A stretch of 64,000 nucleotides of DNA from Eledone cirrhosa. Taxonomy: Eukaryota. This document shows, piece after piece, positions 49,321-62,884 of the stretch. Below the pieces are notes generated by a model that was not told the origin of the DNA, searched no databases, and saw only the letters and a list, made by a program, of their open reading frames with translations. The position numbers and the translations under genes are program-made. Positions within the stretch are counted from its first letter, which is position 1. Each line of letters begins with the position of its first letter. The DNA lies in contig OZ024741.1 in NCBI GenBank assembly GCA_964016885.1, forward strand, positions 294,686,001 through 294,750,000, read 5' to 3'.

Positions 49321-50431
49321 TTGTGCCTCATATCTAAAAATTATAAAAATGTTTTAAATTGTTACCAAAAGTCTAAACAGGCAGGACACTGGTCTATTTT
49401 CTGTTGGTCTGGTGACATTACATCTGACCCACAATCTAAATCATCATCAGCTATTCAATCTGAATCTATCTCTCTGGTGATTGTATGTTGTGTTATTGAG
49501 ACCATTATAAAATTAATGATATTGTAGTTGAAATTCTTGTAGTCATACGTTGATCATAAAATTTCATGTCAAAAGTATATATAGTTTAAAAAAGTATATA
49601 TAGTTTTTAAAAAAACGTGTCTTCTAGACTAAAACTAACAATATGAAATAGCAGACTCTGACTAAAATATCTATAAAAGACAGATTATGAGAAATGTAGA
49701 GATTTCTGTTTTTCCTCACTTGTGCTGATGTGATTCACTGTATATCTTTTTGGAACTTGCACAAATTGATTTGGACCTTTATTTTTAATTTGTGGTCAGG
49801 GATCCTGCTTAACGTTTTCAGAATCTCATTCAAAACTGCAACTGAATTTTGCCAATGCAGTGTGGAAAAGAAATAATTTATAGACGCAGAAATTAAAAAG
49901 AAATTTAAGAAAAGGTATAAAACTTAAAAATTCACTATGGTGACTATTTTTGTTACTACCTGCATAGGTTTAAGTGGCCTCCTATCAGGTTGCATCTCTT
50001 AGATTAGATAGGTGTGCTATTGAGAGGGGTCCCAGTTTTACCATGCCATCATTTGTCTGGTGATATGGGGTGGGATTTAAAGTCAGAGCAGACTGGTATT
50101 TATTTATTTATCAATCTTCAAAAATGAAAGACAAATTTTACCTTTGCAGGATTTAAACGCAGAGTACTAAGCTGAAGCAAATATTGTAAAGCATTTAATC
50201 TAATACTCTGTTAACTCAACCAATTTGCCATGGTGGATACATATTTTGTATATTGACAATTCTGATAAAAAAAAAGGCTTGTAGTAGATTTCTCTTAAAC
50301 TATCCACCATTTTAATAGGTAGCTTAATGCTTATCCAGTTCCCTATATAGATGATCTGACCATTGATACATTCAAACACACATCACACATATCATAACAG
50401 AATTAATCTAGTTAGTATTCATTATAATGTG

Positions 50432-50615
50432 GAGGCGGTGAATTGGCAGTATCGGTAGAGGGTCGGATATGCTTTCCAGCATAGTTACATCCCTTTACGA
50501 TCTGAGTTCAATTCCCGCCGAGGTCAACTTTGCCTTTCATCCTTACAGGTTCGATAAAATAAAGTACCAGTAATGTACTGGGATAATTGCTGGCCTTCTG
50601 CCAAAAGTAGAAACA
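50432..50615 (+). mobile_element. Young Meta-domain tRNA SINE
   Basis: TSD attataatgtg at 50421 and 50616. Confidence 0.92.
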
Positions 50616-50622
50616 ATTATAA

Positions 50623-50905
50623 TGTGAAGGCACATGGTCTAGTGGTTAAGGTGTTGGGCTTATGATCATAATGTTGTGTTTGATTCCTGGACTGTGTTAT
50701 GTGTTGTGTTCTTGAACAAAAGACTTCATTTCACATTGCTCTAGTATACTCAGTTGAAAATGAGTACCAGCAACAGTTGAGGGTTTAACCCTGTGATGGA
50801 TTGGTATCCTGTCCAGAGCGGACTTTTGGACTCTGTCACTTAACACTATGGAAACCAGGATAAACACTGGCTTGATGAGCCTCCAGGCTTGAAGCAGACT
50901 TTGAT
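50623..50905 (+). mobile_element. V-domain-like tRNA SINE
   Basis: Matches 2548-2856; ccctgtgatggattggtatcctgtccag. Confidence 0.8.
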
Positions 50906-50919
50906 GTAGAGCATTTATT

Positions 50920-51353
50920 ACTAGACCTGAAAAATGCGTAAGCTCAAAAGAGCCACAGAATATTATAATAAAACTTCAAAAGTGTGGGACTAGAGTTGTT
51001 GCTCAAAAATATTGTAATCATTGTCTATCGTACACTCTGTGGCATCCTTTTATAAAAAAGAGACTCATAACGAACTCAAGATGACACGATAATTATTTAA
51101 GCTAATGTTCAATATCTCATATTAGATGTTTAGTAATGATTAATACGAAATGCACTTAAACCGAATTCTATATTATAAATTCACTTAAATAATTATCGTG
51201 TGGTCTTGAGTTCGTTATGAGTCTCTTTTTTATAAAAAGATGCCAGAGATAATGATTACAATATTTTTTAGCAACAATTCTAGTCCCACACTTTTTAAGG
51301 TTTATTATAACATTCTGTGGCTCTTTTGAGCTTGCGCATTTTTCAGGTCTAGT
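50920..51353. repeat. Young palindrome (arms 50920-51101, 51184-51353)
   Basis: actagacctgaaaaatgcgtaagctcaaaagagccacagaa... / ...ttctgtggctcttttgagcttgcgcatttttcaggtctagt. Confidence 0.92.
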
Positions 51354-52109
51354 TTAATATTTTTTTAAGGCAACGCTTGTAATAACTCTAGTTAAACATG
51401 ATATATATTAATAATAAATTATCGTTGTAATGTAATTAGATTATATAATTGTTATTTTATAAATGATCTTATAAATATTATTGTAAGATGTATAAAAATA
51501 TTTTCAGACTTTTAATATAAACAACTACAAAAAACAATCAATATTAAATAAATATATTTTACATAATAATTGTTATAGTTAAATTAATAAAAATTAAATA
51601 TTACATAGAAATAGTCTAACATAATAATAAAAAAATAATCTAACATAATAATAATAAAATAATCTAACATAAAACGAACAATAATATGGACAAATATACA
51701 AGTAAATATGATATAACCAATATTATAAGCATGTTATAACGAACTGAAAAAAAAATAGTTAATATAAATTTAAAAAATCATATATAAATTAACAATATAA
51801 CTTAACAAAACGAAAAAAATATTTTGATGATAAATGACGAAATATAGGAGGAAGATTTGAAAGCGAAATGATAAATAAACGTGCAAACAAAGTGGCAGAT
51901 GCTTTTGAGCAACAATTACTCTCATTGGTTGATTAGCCATTAAGACGATGAAATTAACCAATAAGACGATACATTACAAAAGATGTTTGGCAGGGATCAC
52001 CACGGCCAGCGAAACCCCTTGAATTTTTTATTCACAAGCTACGCATATATGTCAGAAACACAGACTTAAAACATTCTACTGTTAGTCATTGCGTGTCTAA
52101 CAGATAAAT

Positions 52110-52815
52110 TTGGTATAATACCTATGGAAAGAGCATGCACAACTTTCCAATCAGCTGGTGTTCTCTATCTACTTATCCACATGCCCATGGGTTTTACAAA
52201 TCAGGTATAAGTGTATCAGCAAGGTCTCAATGAATTTATCAACAAAAATAATCTGAAAGGTATCTATTCAGATTTTTATGAATTTCTTTAGTTTACAGTG
52301 AAATAAAATCAGAGCATGATACCAATATTTCAGAGTTCTTTCAACCCTTTTATTACTATTGCCTTGAATGTTTACCTCAAATGATTGGGTTCTTCATGTA
52401 TTATAAACCAAATGTATTTCTTCCTACCCCTTAAAAATTAGACCAATAGTTGGATGGTGCAATTTCCCTTATGTTATAAGATGTATCAATTCTATTAAAA
52501 ATGATATTAAACAGGCACCTATGACTACTATGAATAATGATCTACCTTTTATTATTGAAACAGTTACTACTGCCAAAACTATTGATGCAACATTATATCA
52601 CAAAGTATTATAGCTATGTCATTTTTCTCAAGGTCCTTAAATAAATCAGAAAAAAAAAAGAACTCTTAATACACTGTTGAAATAGAAGCTTATGGAGTTA
52701 TAGAAACTGGGATAAAATGGAAATATTTCCTCATGAAACATTTTTATTTAGTGGCAGATCAAAGGTCCATTTCATTCATGCTTGATAATAAAAAACCTTG
52801 GAAAAATAAAAAGAT
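52110..52815 (+). mobile_element. Highly decayed Ty3/Gypsy pol remnant (RT and RNase H)
   Basis: TTFQSAGVLY..MPMGFTNQV..EFINKNNLKG resembles TAF..G.Y..PFG.TN; FIIET..IDATL..FSRSLNKSE..VEIEAYGVIE..KWK..KHFYLVADQRSISFMLDNK resembles the gypsy RNase H pattern. Confidence 0.75.
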
Positions 52816-53994
52816 AGGTTTTAATATTTTAATGTACTCGATCAATGAGTATAAAGAATGTATGATGTGTGCATTAAAATATGTACAGATATTGAATGTT
52901 AGAAACTGGGTTGATAAAAGCCACTGATGCTGCTTGTTCATATAAGCAGTTATGTCCCTTATGTCTTATTTCAGTACCATACAAGCTATAACTGTTGAAG
53001 GTCATAATGAAGCTGATGAATTGTAGTATATGGCATTCATAAATCTGTTTGATGTCGATATCAAAGATAGAGAAGAAATTTGTTAGTATATAAAAGGTAT
53101 TATATGGGGAAGGTGTATTTCATCTTGTAATCTAATGGTCATCTAATGTAATCTAATGAGGTTAAGTAGAACCCCAGCAGCACAAAAAACAAGAGCTGTT
53201 AAAAAGGCGGATGAAGTCAATGACCATCCACCCCAACTATGGCCAAGCATGATGAGTACAGCTACACCCCTGACATGACCAAAACCAAATAGAAAGTGGT
53301 GGAGGTCAACCAGAAAGGGGTTCCTCCAACAGGAGTGAGAAGGCTCTAGATTTGGATGGTATTGGAATCTGATGGTCAATAAATAAATTGCTAAACAAGA
53401 TCCTTGTTTAATTAGATAAAACAAAGAAACAGTAACAATAATAAGAGTCAACACTCCCTTAATTATATACTAAAACAGGGAATGTGGATGTTGCCCTTTC
53501 AACATTTTTGAGGCATCCCAAAACATTGAATTGCCTCACACATTTTTAGAAAGCAACATCAGTAAATTAGATGAAGTTTCTGGAGGTCAGTGATGTTTAT
53601 GTATGAAGGGATAGAAAATAAGCTTGTAACACCAGCAGCCAGATCATGTTAGAACACACACACAAAGAAATTCAAATGAAAATAAAAGCTAGGCTAGAGA
53701 TCAGTTCATCTAATAAAGTTTCATATGTCATCAAATGTAATGCAAATGCTTGTTTGTTTATTTATTTATTTATTGTTCTATGTGTTTTATTAATTCAGAG
53801 AAACATTTCATTATGTTTAACCATCATATAAGAAGTAAAACATGTTCTGTACAATTTAATTACATAGTCTGACCATTTGTATAGGTCATGTGAATCTCCT
53901 GATTAATTAAACAAAGCATTAAGGAATTATTATTCATGTTCAGCACTTTCATTTTGTATTCAAGTCTTCACTAAATTTGTATTCTATCAAAACA

Positions 53995-54092
53995 GTTTCT
54001 AAGCTCCGACGTCTGGCAACTGACTTGGTAAACACCCACAAAATTATTAACCATCATGCCAACATCAACCCTGAGCACCTTTTTGAATTCCA
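53995..54092 (+). mobile_element. CR1/L2-type LINE 3' fragment
   Basis: KLRRLATDLVNTHKIINHHANINPEHLFEF fits L..RR...DL...KI......F. Confidence 0.6.
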
Positions 54093-54148
54093 TGCTAGCA
54101 TGGAAAATGGACGTAAGACAGAGGTGATGATGATATACGTATATACAC

Positions 54149-54197
<49 letters not shown>

Positions 54198-54254
54198 ATT
54201 ATCATGATATATATGTGTGTGTGTATATATATATATATATATGTGTGTGTGTTT

Positions 54255-54514
54255 GTGCGATGTTATGTTGGTACCACAAAACATCCAGCTCACACTGTAA
54301 AGTGGTTGTGCAAAAGACACGGTAAAAAACACCCAGCACACATTGTAAATGTGGTTGGTGCTAGGAAGGGCATCCAGCCATAGAAAACCAGCCAGAAACA
54401 GTCCTATATGAGCGAGACACGGTCACCCGACCCAACATGCTTCTAAATGGGACAAACCCGTCTAACCCATGCTAGTATAGAAGATGGACATTAAACGATG
54501 ATGATGATGATGAT
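54255..54514 (+). mobile_element. Solo RTE 3' UTR with (GAT)n tail
   Basis: Matches 58940-59230 and 39480-39662. Confidence 0.85.
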
Positions 54515-55775
54515 TCACAATTAGTTAGTGTTTCTGGAATTTGGAGATTGAGTTTGTATTCTTAAAAAAAAAATCAAAACAAGAAAACAAACGATTTTGC
54601 ATAAAACTATATCATTTTTTTAAAACATATATTTTGCATATTATGTAAGGTTGCGAATTGGCAGAGTTCTTTACCAGGTGTGGATTAATGATTTCATGAA
54701 ACAGAGGCCTGGATATTTTGAGATTATCTTAATTATTTATTAGTTACCAATAAAATATGATAGGAAAGAACTTCTTCTTCACCCACTTATTCCCAAGAGG
54801 GTCATGGGGGCTGAGTCCTCAAACACGCCTTCCAGTAGGTCCTGTCAGAAGCAACTGTCTCCAATAATTCTGGCTGGATCTCCAAGCATGATCAGCCAAA
54901 CTCATGAATGTTATCCAAGAATCTTTCTCTGAGTCTCTTGCCAGTTGGTTTTGCCCATAAAATCTGTATAGCGATTCTTTCCTATTTTAGATTTTGGTCT
55001 TGTTGTTCTTGAAAATTTCAATAGTTGTTAGAAACAAAATGTTTTTTGTCACCAATAAGCACAATTTTTTTTTTTTTTTACCTGCTTCTGTTTATATCCT
55101 AGATAGTCATGGCAAACACAATGGTAGCGTTACATTGAAATATTTCCTAGGAAGACAATAGGAATCAAACAGCAGAAAAAATAAGTGAAAAACAACTGAA
55201 TGTCATGCTTCATATTCTTGTTTTGATATTTATTGGTAATTTAGGGAAATTTAGAATGATTGGGTTGCCTAGAAACAAGCAAGTCTTTGGCATTAAACTT
55301 AGTATCAGCTAGTATTGATTATAAAAGTCAAGTCCACTTCGACTAGTAATACCTGTTGTTGACTGATTTTTAAAGGTTATAGCAGTTAAAGTTGCACTGA
55401 GAATTATGAAGATTAATTCTTATTTTACTACATGTTTTTTACTTGTTTTTCTCATGTTTTTACTACATATCTTTTACTTGTTTTTCTCCTGAAAATATAA
55501 TTATCTATATGTAAACATGTTGAGCTGTTTTTTAATCCTCTCATCTTGTATACTTCAATATTAAATGATGATAAACCATTTTGAATTGTAAAAGTAATGA
55601 TGGGACCTGTAATGTAATTACAATATGATTTGTTTAATTTAACCTTGAAATCATAGTGCTTATGTTGTATTTGATTTTGTTATTAAACAGACTTGCTTCA
55701 TTTATGTTTTATTACTTAATCTTATTTCCTTTGCTAAATATACTATTGGTATTGATTAATTGATATTCCATTGGA

Positions 55776-55990
55776 AGGGTGGTGGATTGGCAGAATCAGT
55801 AGAGTGTCAGACACCATGCTTCTTGGCATAGTTGTGGACCTTTACATTCTGATTTCAAATCTTGCTAAAGTTAGCTTTGCCTTTCATCCTCATGGTATTG
55901 ATAAAACAATGTACCAGTAATGCACTGGGGTCAATTTAATCAACTTTTCCCTCCCCAAAATTGTTGGCCTTATACCTAAATCAGAAACCA
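55776..55990 (+). mobile_element. Meta-domain tRNA SINE
   Basis: Same consensus as 48428; flanked by ccattgg on both sides. Confidence 0.85.
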
Positions 55991-57702
55991 TTGGTTCTGT
56001 TGAAATTTTAAACAAACTTAATTTTTTTTTTATTTAATCCTCATTTCAATTAAAATATGAGAAGGTGAATAGCTTTTAAAGTATGTGAATAGCTTTTAAA
56101 GCATTGTACAGTGGTTATAATAAAACCAGTTGTACTGGAGGGTGAAAATTGTAAGGGGAAATAAATTGTATATTGCTTATGAAGAGGTTTGTTTTATTTG
56201 TTTTATTTATTTTTTCAAGTATCAGACCAGAGCTTATTTCAGTTTCATATTTTTATAAAACGGTAGGGCAAGTAAACTTGTGGGTAAAAAAAAATATTTC
56301 AGTTGTAACCAGTCAATTTCTGTTATTTATAAAGTGTCTCTTGGACTACATTATTTAATGTTATTTCCTATTTTAAGCTATTGGCTTATAATATAAGAGA
56401 TATTTGGCTTCTAATTCTAGCAGTTTCAGTAATCATTTAGAAGCTCTATTGGCTCACATATATTCACTGCCAGTAACACACATGTGAGCCAAGCCAGCAC
56501 AAAATAGAAATTAACAACTGTGAGAGAAAACCTATTTTCAATGACCTTTCATCCCCGATCCCATCTTTTTGGATATCTAGGATGACATGGGCCAATAATA
56601 AAGTGTGATTTCAGTGAATTTTGCTGCTCTTTCTAGCTAATTGAGCAACCACATAGGGACACTCTGATAGTTGATCGATGAAAGTTTGAGCAGGTCTTCC
56701 TCTACTGTGCCATGAGTTGGTTTCCACAATAGTAGCTTACTTCTCCATCAATGTCCTGCAAATAAATTTAAAATATACAATCTGGATATTTGTAAAAAAT
56801 ATGTTATTCAATTGAAAAATCAAGTTTGTTCTTTGAAAGAAGTTATGACCTTCGTGAAAACATTCAGCATGCTTTAACACATATATAATCTATATATTAT
56901 GGAATCTTCATTATATATTCTAACATCACTTTCAATACTGCTTGCCATTAGAGAGTTCATAATACCAGCATAATAGCATTTTCCTGCTGTCTTTGTGTTT
57001 GGATTTATATATATTTTAGCATTTAAATCTCTCAGGTTAGCATTAATCATTATATTCCCATTCCTTTGTAGCTACCACTTTCAACTGGTTATCACATACT
57101 ATGATTAATCAATGCCATTTTTCTCGCATCATATCTTTATATCTTTTCTTTTATTCTCTCTGATTTTGCAATTGCCTTGGACACCTTTTATTATCATTTA
57201 CTTTCTTCACTCATCTAAACATTATCATCATCAGTTTTGTGTATGACTTTTCCATGCTGGAATAGGTTGGATGAGACTTTTTGTGGTAGAATGTTATGTT
57301 TGAATGCCCTTCCTGATACCAACCTACACTAAACTTTATCTTTTATTTAATTTTAGATTACTCATGTAATGCTCTTCTTTCATCTCTAATATGTGAAATT
57401 GAATGAGGCACGGAAAGTCAGTCAACCCCAGTGAGGTTTCAACCATACACACACACACATATATGAGTGTGTGTGAGTTTTTATATGTGTGCGTATATAT
57501 ATATATATATTTCTGTGATTCAAACCTCACTGGGGTTGAATTTAACTTTCATCCTTACAGAATCAATAATAGTACTACCTGTTAAGTACTGGGATCAGTG
57601 AAGTTGATGATATCCATCTCCCAATTTGTGACTTTGTGTCATCACCGTCATCATTTATCTGCCCTTTTCTTTTATATCTGCATAAATTGCTATGAGACTT
57701 AA

Positions 57703-57913
57703 CCCCTTAGCATTTATATCATTCTAAATATACTATTGTGTTTTCATGGTCATCACATAAAATGTCTTCATAATATCAAATCTATGAGATTTTGATATAA
57801 TTTGTTTTAAGAATAATACCTTAACATCAGTATGAGTTGCCAGGTATGGCTGGTTTGAACAGAAAGATGTGAGAGAATTCTGGCTGGATACAACGAGTTT
57901 AAATCCTAAAGGG
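57703..57913 (+). mobile_element. piggyBac-type MITE family A
   Basis: TTAA|ccccttagcattta ... taaatcctaaaggg|TTAA. Confidence 0.88.
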
Positions 57914-58257
57914 TTAAGGAAAGGTTGTTTTTTTTTACAAGCAATATAAAAAGTAAAACTTGTGATGCTGTTGCTTGTTCCATGTAAACAGTATATATAT
58001 ATATGAAATAGGAAAAGAGTCAGGACCCCGATGGCTGAGCTCCGGCCATTTTGACAGCTAGATCTGAACTAAGTCAGCAGTATTAGAGCGGTTGGAATCT
58101 AGCTGAACTTATCAAGGTACAGGTCATATATGGGCATGCAGTCAAAACAAAAAAAAAGCAGAAATATCAAATGAAACAATCCTAAAAATTTGTTGTTTTT
58201 CTGTCACGGGGAGGGGTCAATGGTTTTGGGATGTCATATACATGGTTTATATATATT

Positions 58258-59230
58258 AGAAATAGTGGACAGCTTCTGTTACCTGGGTGATAACATCAGC
58301 AGTGGGGGAGGGTGCTCTGAAAGTACAGTAGCTAGAGTCAGAACGGGATGGAAAAAGTTCAGAGAGCTTATACCACTATTGGCCGCTAAAGGGTTCTCTC
58401 TAAAAATGAAAGGCAGGCTGTATGATGCCTGCATACGAACAGCAATGTTACATGGCAGTGAGACCTGTGCATTGTGTGCAGAGGATATACGCAGACTGGA
58501 GAGAAATGAAGCTTGCATGCTCCGCTGGATGTGTAATAGTAATATACGTGAACGGCAAAGCATAAACGTACTAAGGGAGAAATTAGAAATAAGAGGGATC
58601 AGATGTTGTTTACTCGGGAGAAGACTACGTTGGTATGGTCACGTGATGCGCATGAAAGACGACAGCTGTATAAAAAAGTGCAGGGCAATAAAAATAGATG
58701 GTAGCCACGGAGTAGGCAGACCCATAAAAACCTGGGACGACTTGATAAATTCTGACCTCACACACTTACACCTCTCCAAGACAATGTCACTGGACCGAGA
58801 GCTTTGGCACTACACAGTAATAGAGAAGACGCGCCTTACCTAAGTACAAAGTGAAACCTACTACAGTCAGTAGGCATCTCTAACAAAATACACCCCGTCC
58901 CACTACCCACACCCATCCACACCACCCCTTTCAATGTAAAGTTATGTTGGTGTCACAACATCCAGCCCGAAACAAATGAGGTCGTGTAGGTGTCACGACA
59001 AAAAACACACAGTCCACGCTGTAATGTGGCCAAGTAGGTAACACGGTAAAAACCTCCCAGTTCCACACTGTAAATGTGGTTGGTGTTAGGAAGGGCATCC
59101 AGCCGTAGAAAACCCGCCAGACAGTGCTATGCGAGCAAGACAACCATTCTTGCCTCAAGTGGGAAAACTCCCATCCAGACCCATGCAGCGTGGAATATGG
59201 ACGTTAAACGATGATGATGATGATGATGAT
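58258..59230 (+). mobile_element. 5'-truncated RTE LINE, sister subfamily, (GAT)n tail
   Basis: VDSFCYLGD..ARVRTGWKKF..LHGSET..LRWYGHV; protein close to, but DNA diverged from, 38835-39662. Confidence 0.93.
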
Positions 59231-59330
59231 ATATACACGTATATACACTAATCTAGGTTTATTCTATTTACACTAGAGTGTATATCAATGCACCAACCTA
59301 GGATTTACTTGTAAAGTACTCAAATTTTAA

Positions 59331-59385
59331 TTGTTTCTACTTTTGGCACAAGGCCAGCAATTATATCAGTACATTACTGGTACTT
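59331..59385 (-). mobile_element. 3' stub of young Meta-domain SINE
   Basis: ttgtttctacttttggcacaaggccagcaatta matches 14619-14652. Confidence 0.85.
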
Positions 59386-59394
59386 TAATTAATA

Positions 59395-59600
59395 TGAGGC
59401 TACTCTGGATATAGGCAATGGAATAAGAACAATCTACTTCCATAGTTGGAACAAAGAGTTTGATTATAAATTCTGAAAACATTACTGAATACAATGAGGA
59501 CCTAAAGAAGACAGGAGGTTACAATCGATGAAATATTGTGAGTATAACAACCAAGATGAGGACACTAGTCTGAATAAATCTTTTTATAATGCAATAAATT
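59395..59600 (+). mobile_element. Probable decayed Penelope-like pLTR
   Basis: cctaaagaagacaggaggttacaatcgatgaaatattgtg resembles a degenerate CTGAAGA..GAAAC hammerhead layout. Confidence 0.4.
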
Positions 59601-62600
59601 AGATTAATAAAGCCTGCTAGAAGAGTACTACTTTAATGTTGGGTTGGACATGGGGAATGATATGGTGGAATATGGTCATACTATAATCAATTCAATTAAT
59701 GAAGACTGGTGTAGCAGTATTACTTTAATATTGTGTTGGACATTGGGAAATTTAATTATCATCTTTCTAGATTGGTCAACATAAGAATTTCTTAAATTAT
59801 GAGAGTAAAAGAAAATTCAATAATATTAGAGAGTTGTGTAGTAAATATTAAACAGATAATAAAGTAAATAGATATAATTTTGATTATATATTCTTACAAG
59901 AATAGTCTCGTAGAGGGACAAATGTTTAGATTCTTGTATGATGTGGCTGATTTCGAGCACACACACACAATATTAATTAATGTACTTGATCATAAAGGTA
60001 TATATAAGTTTGGTAATTGATTTTGTTACTTTCAGATTCTACTATTCTTTTCCACACTTTCCAATTTTCCTAAAATTAAGACTTCCAATAAAATCTTTGA
60101 GTTTTCAGCTTTTGATCTTTAATCATTTCATTTCATCCTTTTGAAATCTCTGCTTTGTTATTCTGATTCCCAATATTCCTAAGTCTGGTTATTTTCATGT
60201 CTACTGAAGAACAATGTATTTATATGTTTCTGTTGTTGCATTATCTATTAGACCGTCCTGTAATCTTTCAATTTTGACTATGAGGTGATTTACTAATCTA
60301 ATTTAACTATTTTCTACCATGTCGATTGATCACAAATCTATAAATGTGTTCACCTTATCTTACAATGTTTTATAGGTTTATGTTCTCCTTTTCCCTTTTC
60401 ACAAAGCATTTTTTGTCTGTATTATGATGAATATACTTTATCTGTTTTAAGTATTATTTTTCTATAGTTATACACTAGTTACATAAATGATGTTATTTGC
60501 CAGCAAATACTCAAGTAACTGATATCTATATTAAGGTGGATTGATTACATTTTTAAACATCTAGCAAAATAATTCACAGTATTTGTTCTGGCACTTTAAG
60601 TTCTGCCATGTTCAACTTTATTATGCAAAATAAAAAAAAAACAAATGAAGTACAGGATCAATATAATCGACTTTCACCACCCCAAATTCCTGGCCTTGTA
60701 CCTAAATTAAAAACCATTATTGAAATAATTACATCTTAACTGTGTAGAATTATCAATGTGATTATGATTGTTTGCTTGCTGAAATCTTTTCTGAGGATTC
60801 AGTTATAAATAAACATGGATTAGCTAAAATAAGAAAACGAAAATCAAGTGATCAAAAAGCATTTCTTCAAAACTTTTAGTTAACCATTTTAATACCAAAC
60901 TGCCTGAAACTTCCCCTGATACTACATTACTAATCTGTTTATTTTTTAAATGTTTATATTTATATAAAATCCTTCCATCAAAATGTTATATGTTCCAAAT
61001 ACCAAATTAATAAAAAAAAGTTATATTACTAATTGCCTCCAAATTCTCAGTTGCTTTAGATATGATTTAAAAGCCAAGCAGCAGGAGACCCAGGGATAGA
61101 TCCTGAGCAGGATGGTTGGATAACATCTATGAGCTCAGCTGGTCATGTTTGGGGATCCTGCGAGATCAATTTCAGTTGGTTGTTTCTAACAGGACCTGCT
61201 TGAAGGAGTGTTTGAGGACTCTGCTTCCATGACCCTCCCAGGAATAAATGGACAAGGAAAAAGAAGGGGATAGTTTCTTACATTAGAAATATAGAAAGTG
61301 TAAAATAAAACTTTGAGCTGCTAGGAATAAAGCCAAAGTTATTGAACTACTTAAATAACTGCCAACTAGCTGTGAGAATTGTTAAGACTAAACTCCACCC
61401 CCACTTTCTATAAAGGATAGAACTCAGGCTTTGATATATTGGCAGGAATCTGTTAATGTAAACTTATGTCCTGAAAATCTTAGAAAAACACAAGCATACC
61501 TGTGTGGTTAAGAGGTTCACTTTGCAGCCATGTGGTTTCTGCTTATGTCACACTGCGTGGCACACTGGACAGACACATGTGTTGTATATAGTTGGATTGA
61601 CCAATGCCTTGTGAATGGAATTTGGTAGGCACAAACTGTACCGAAGTTTATCATATTTATTGGAAAGTTAGAAGAAAACATAAGTAGTAATTGTTAATTT
61701 AATGATAAATGTCATGAGTGGTAAAAATAAAATGTGCATGCACACATGCACACACATAAAGTCAACAAAGGAATTTTGGAAAGAAACAGTAGGCATTCGG
61801 TTACCGAGTACAGTAATCATTGTCTTTAGAAAATAGGCTAAAATCATATAAGAAATATTGTAATTTGGTTCTGCTGATGTTAGTAGAATAGATTCTTAAA
61901 TTCTATATATTCAGCTCTTGTATAACATAGAAAATTAAAATGGAGTTCTTTTTAGACAAAATTGTTTCTATAAAATACTAAGATATTTGATGATACACAA
62001 TGTATTTCTGATAATGATAACATAAGTGAAATTATAATGAGTGTGGAAAGATGGGAGGAGCGAGAGATGTAGTGTGGTGAAAGAAGATAATTTAGTAGGT
62101 GAAGGACAATAATGAAACATTAGTAAAAGAAATGGTAATGAAATAGAAAAGACAATGTAAAAGACAGCTGAATGAAAATAAAACTTAGTATTGATCTACT
62201 ATTGAACATAAATTATTTATATCATTAATTGTTGTAGGGGTGGTAAATTCCCTCTTGTGACCTAGTTTTGATTCTAATTTAAAGCCATTTTCAGCAGATC
62301 TCTCCATTTATCACTTAAGGAAAGCTGTGAACATTACAAATGTCATTTTTACTCTCCTCAGTGAAAGCATGTGACACAGTGGTTAGTACATTCAATTTAC
62401 AATAACAGATTCATGGGTTCAATTCTTGGAAGTGTGTTGTGTCCTTAAGCAAGACACTTTATTTCACTAAATTGTACAGTAGATAATAATATAACAAGTT
62501 CTATTCCACTGGTGACTTTTGAACAAGTGTATTTTACAATAGTCAATACAATGCTAACCAATACCTTGCGAGTGATTTGACTATATCGAAACTCTATAGA

Positions 62601-62801
62601 CTTCAATGATATTCATACATATGTGCATGTGTGTGTCTATGTGTATATATATATGTTTAGGGAAGATGTGTCTCTTAATGCTGAAGGTAACTTAAGTTTC
62701 ATTTTTAGAGTTTTAATATAAAATGAATTGTAAAACAATGTACATAAGTGCACAATACAATATTATTCAAATATAAGAAGGAATAAGTAATTTTTACTTA
62801 C

Positions 62802-62884
62802 CTTTTGACAGTGAGGTTGAAGAGTATATTGCCATAACCAATAGGTAACACAGTATTGTATTTATATCATTTGGTCTGTTAAAT
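62802..62884 (-). CDS. Candidate 83-nt host exon (FNRPNDINTILCYLLVMAIYSSTSLSK)
   Basis: Minus strand: tttcag acceptor, AAG|GTAAGT donor, exactly one open frame, no recognisable repeat similarity. Confidence 0.35.

Noticed and set aside
55424-56102. Short direct duplications (55424-55490, 56065-56102; also 49570-49610, 12515-12572)
   Set aside because: Ordinary slippage duplications without further structure.
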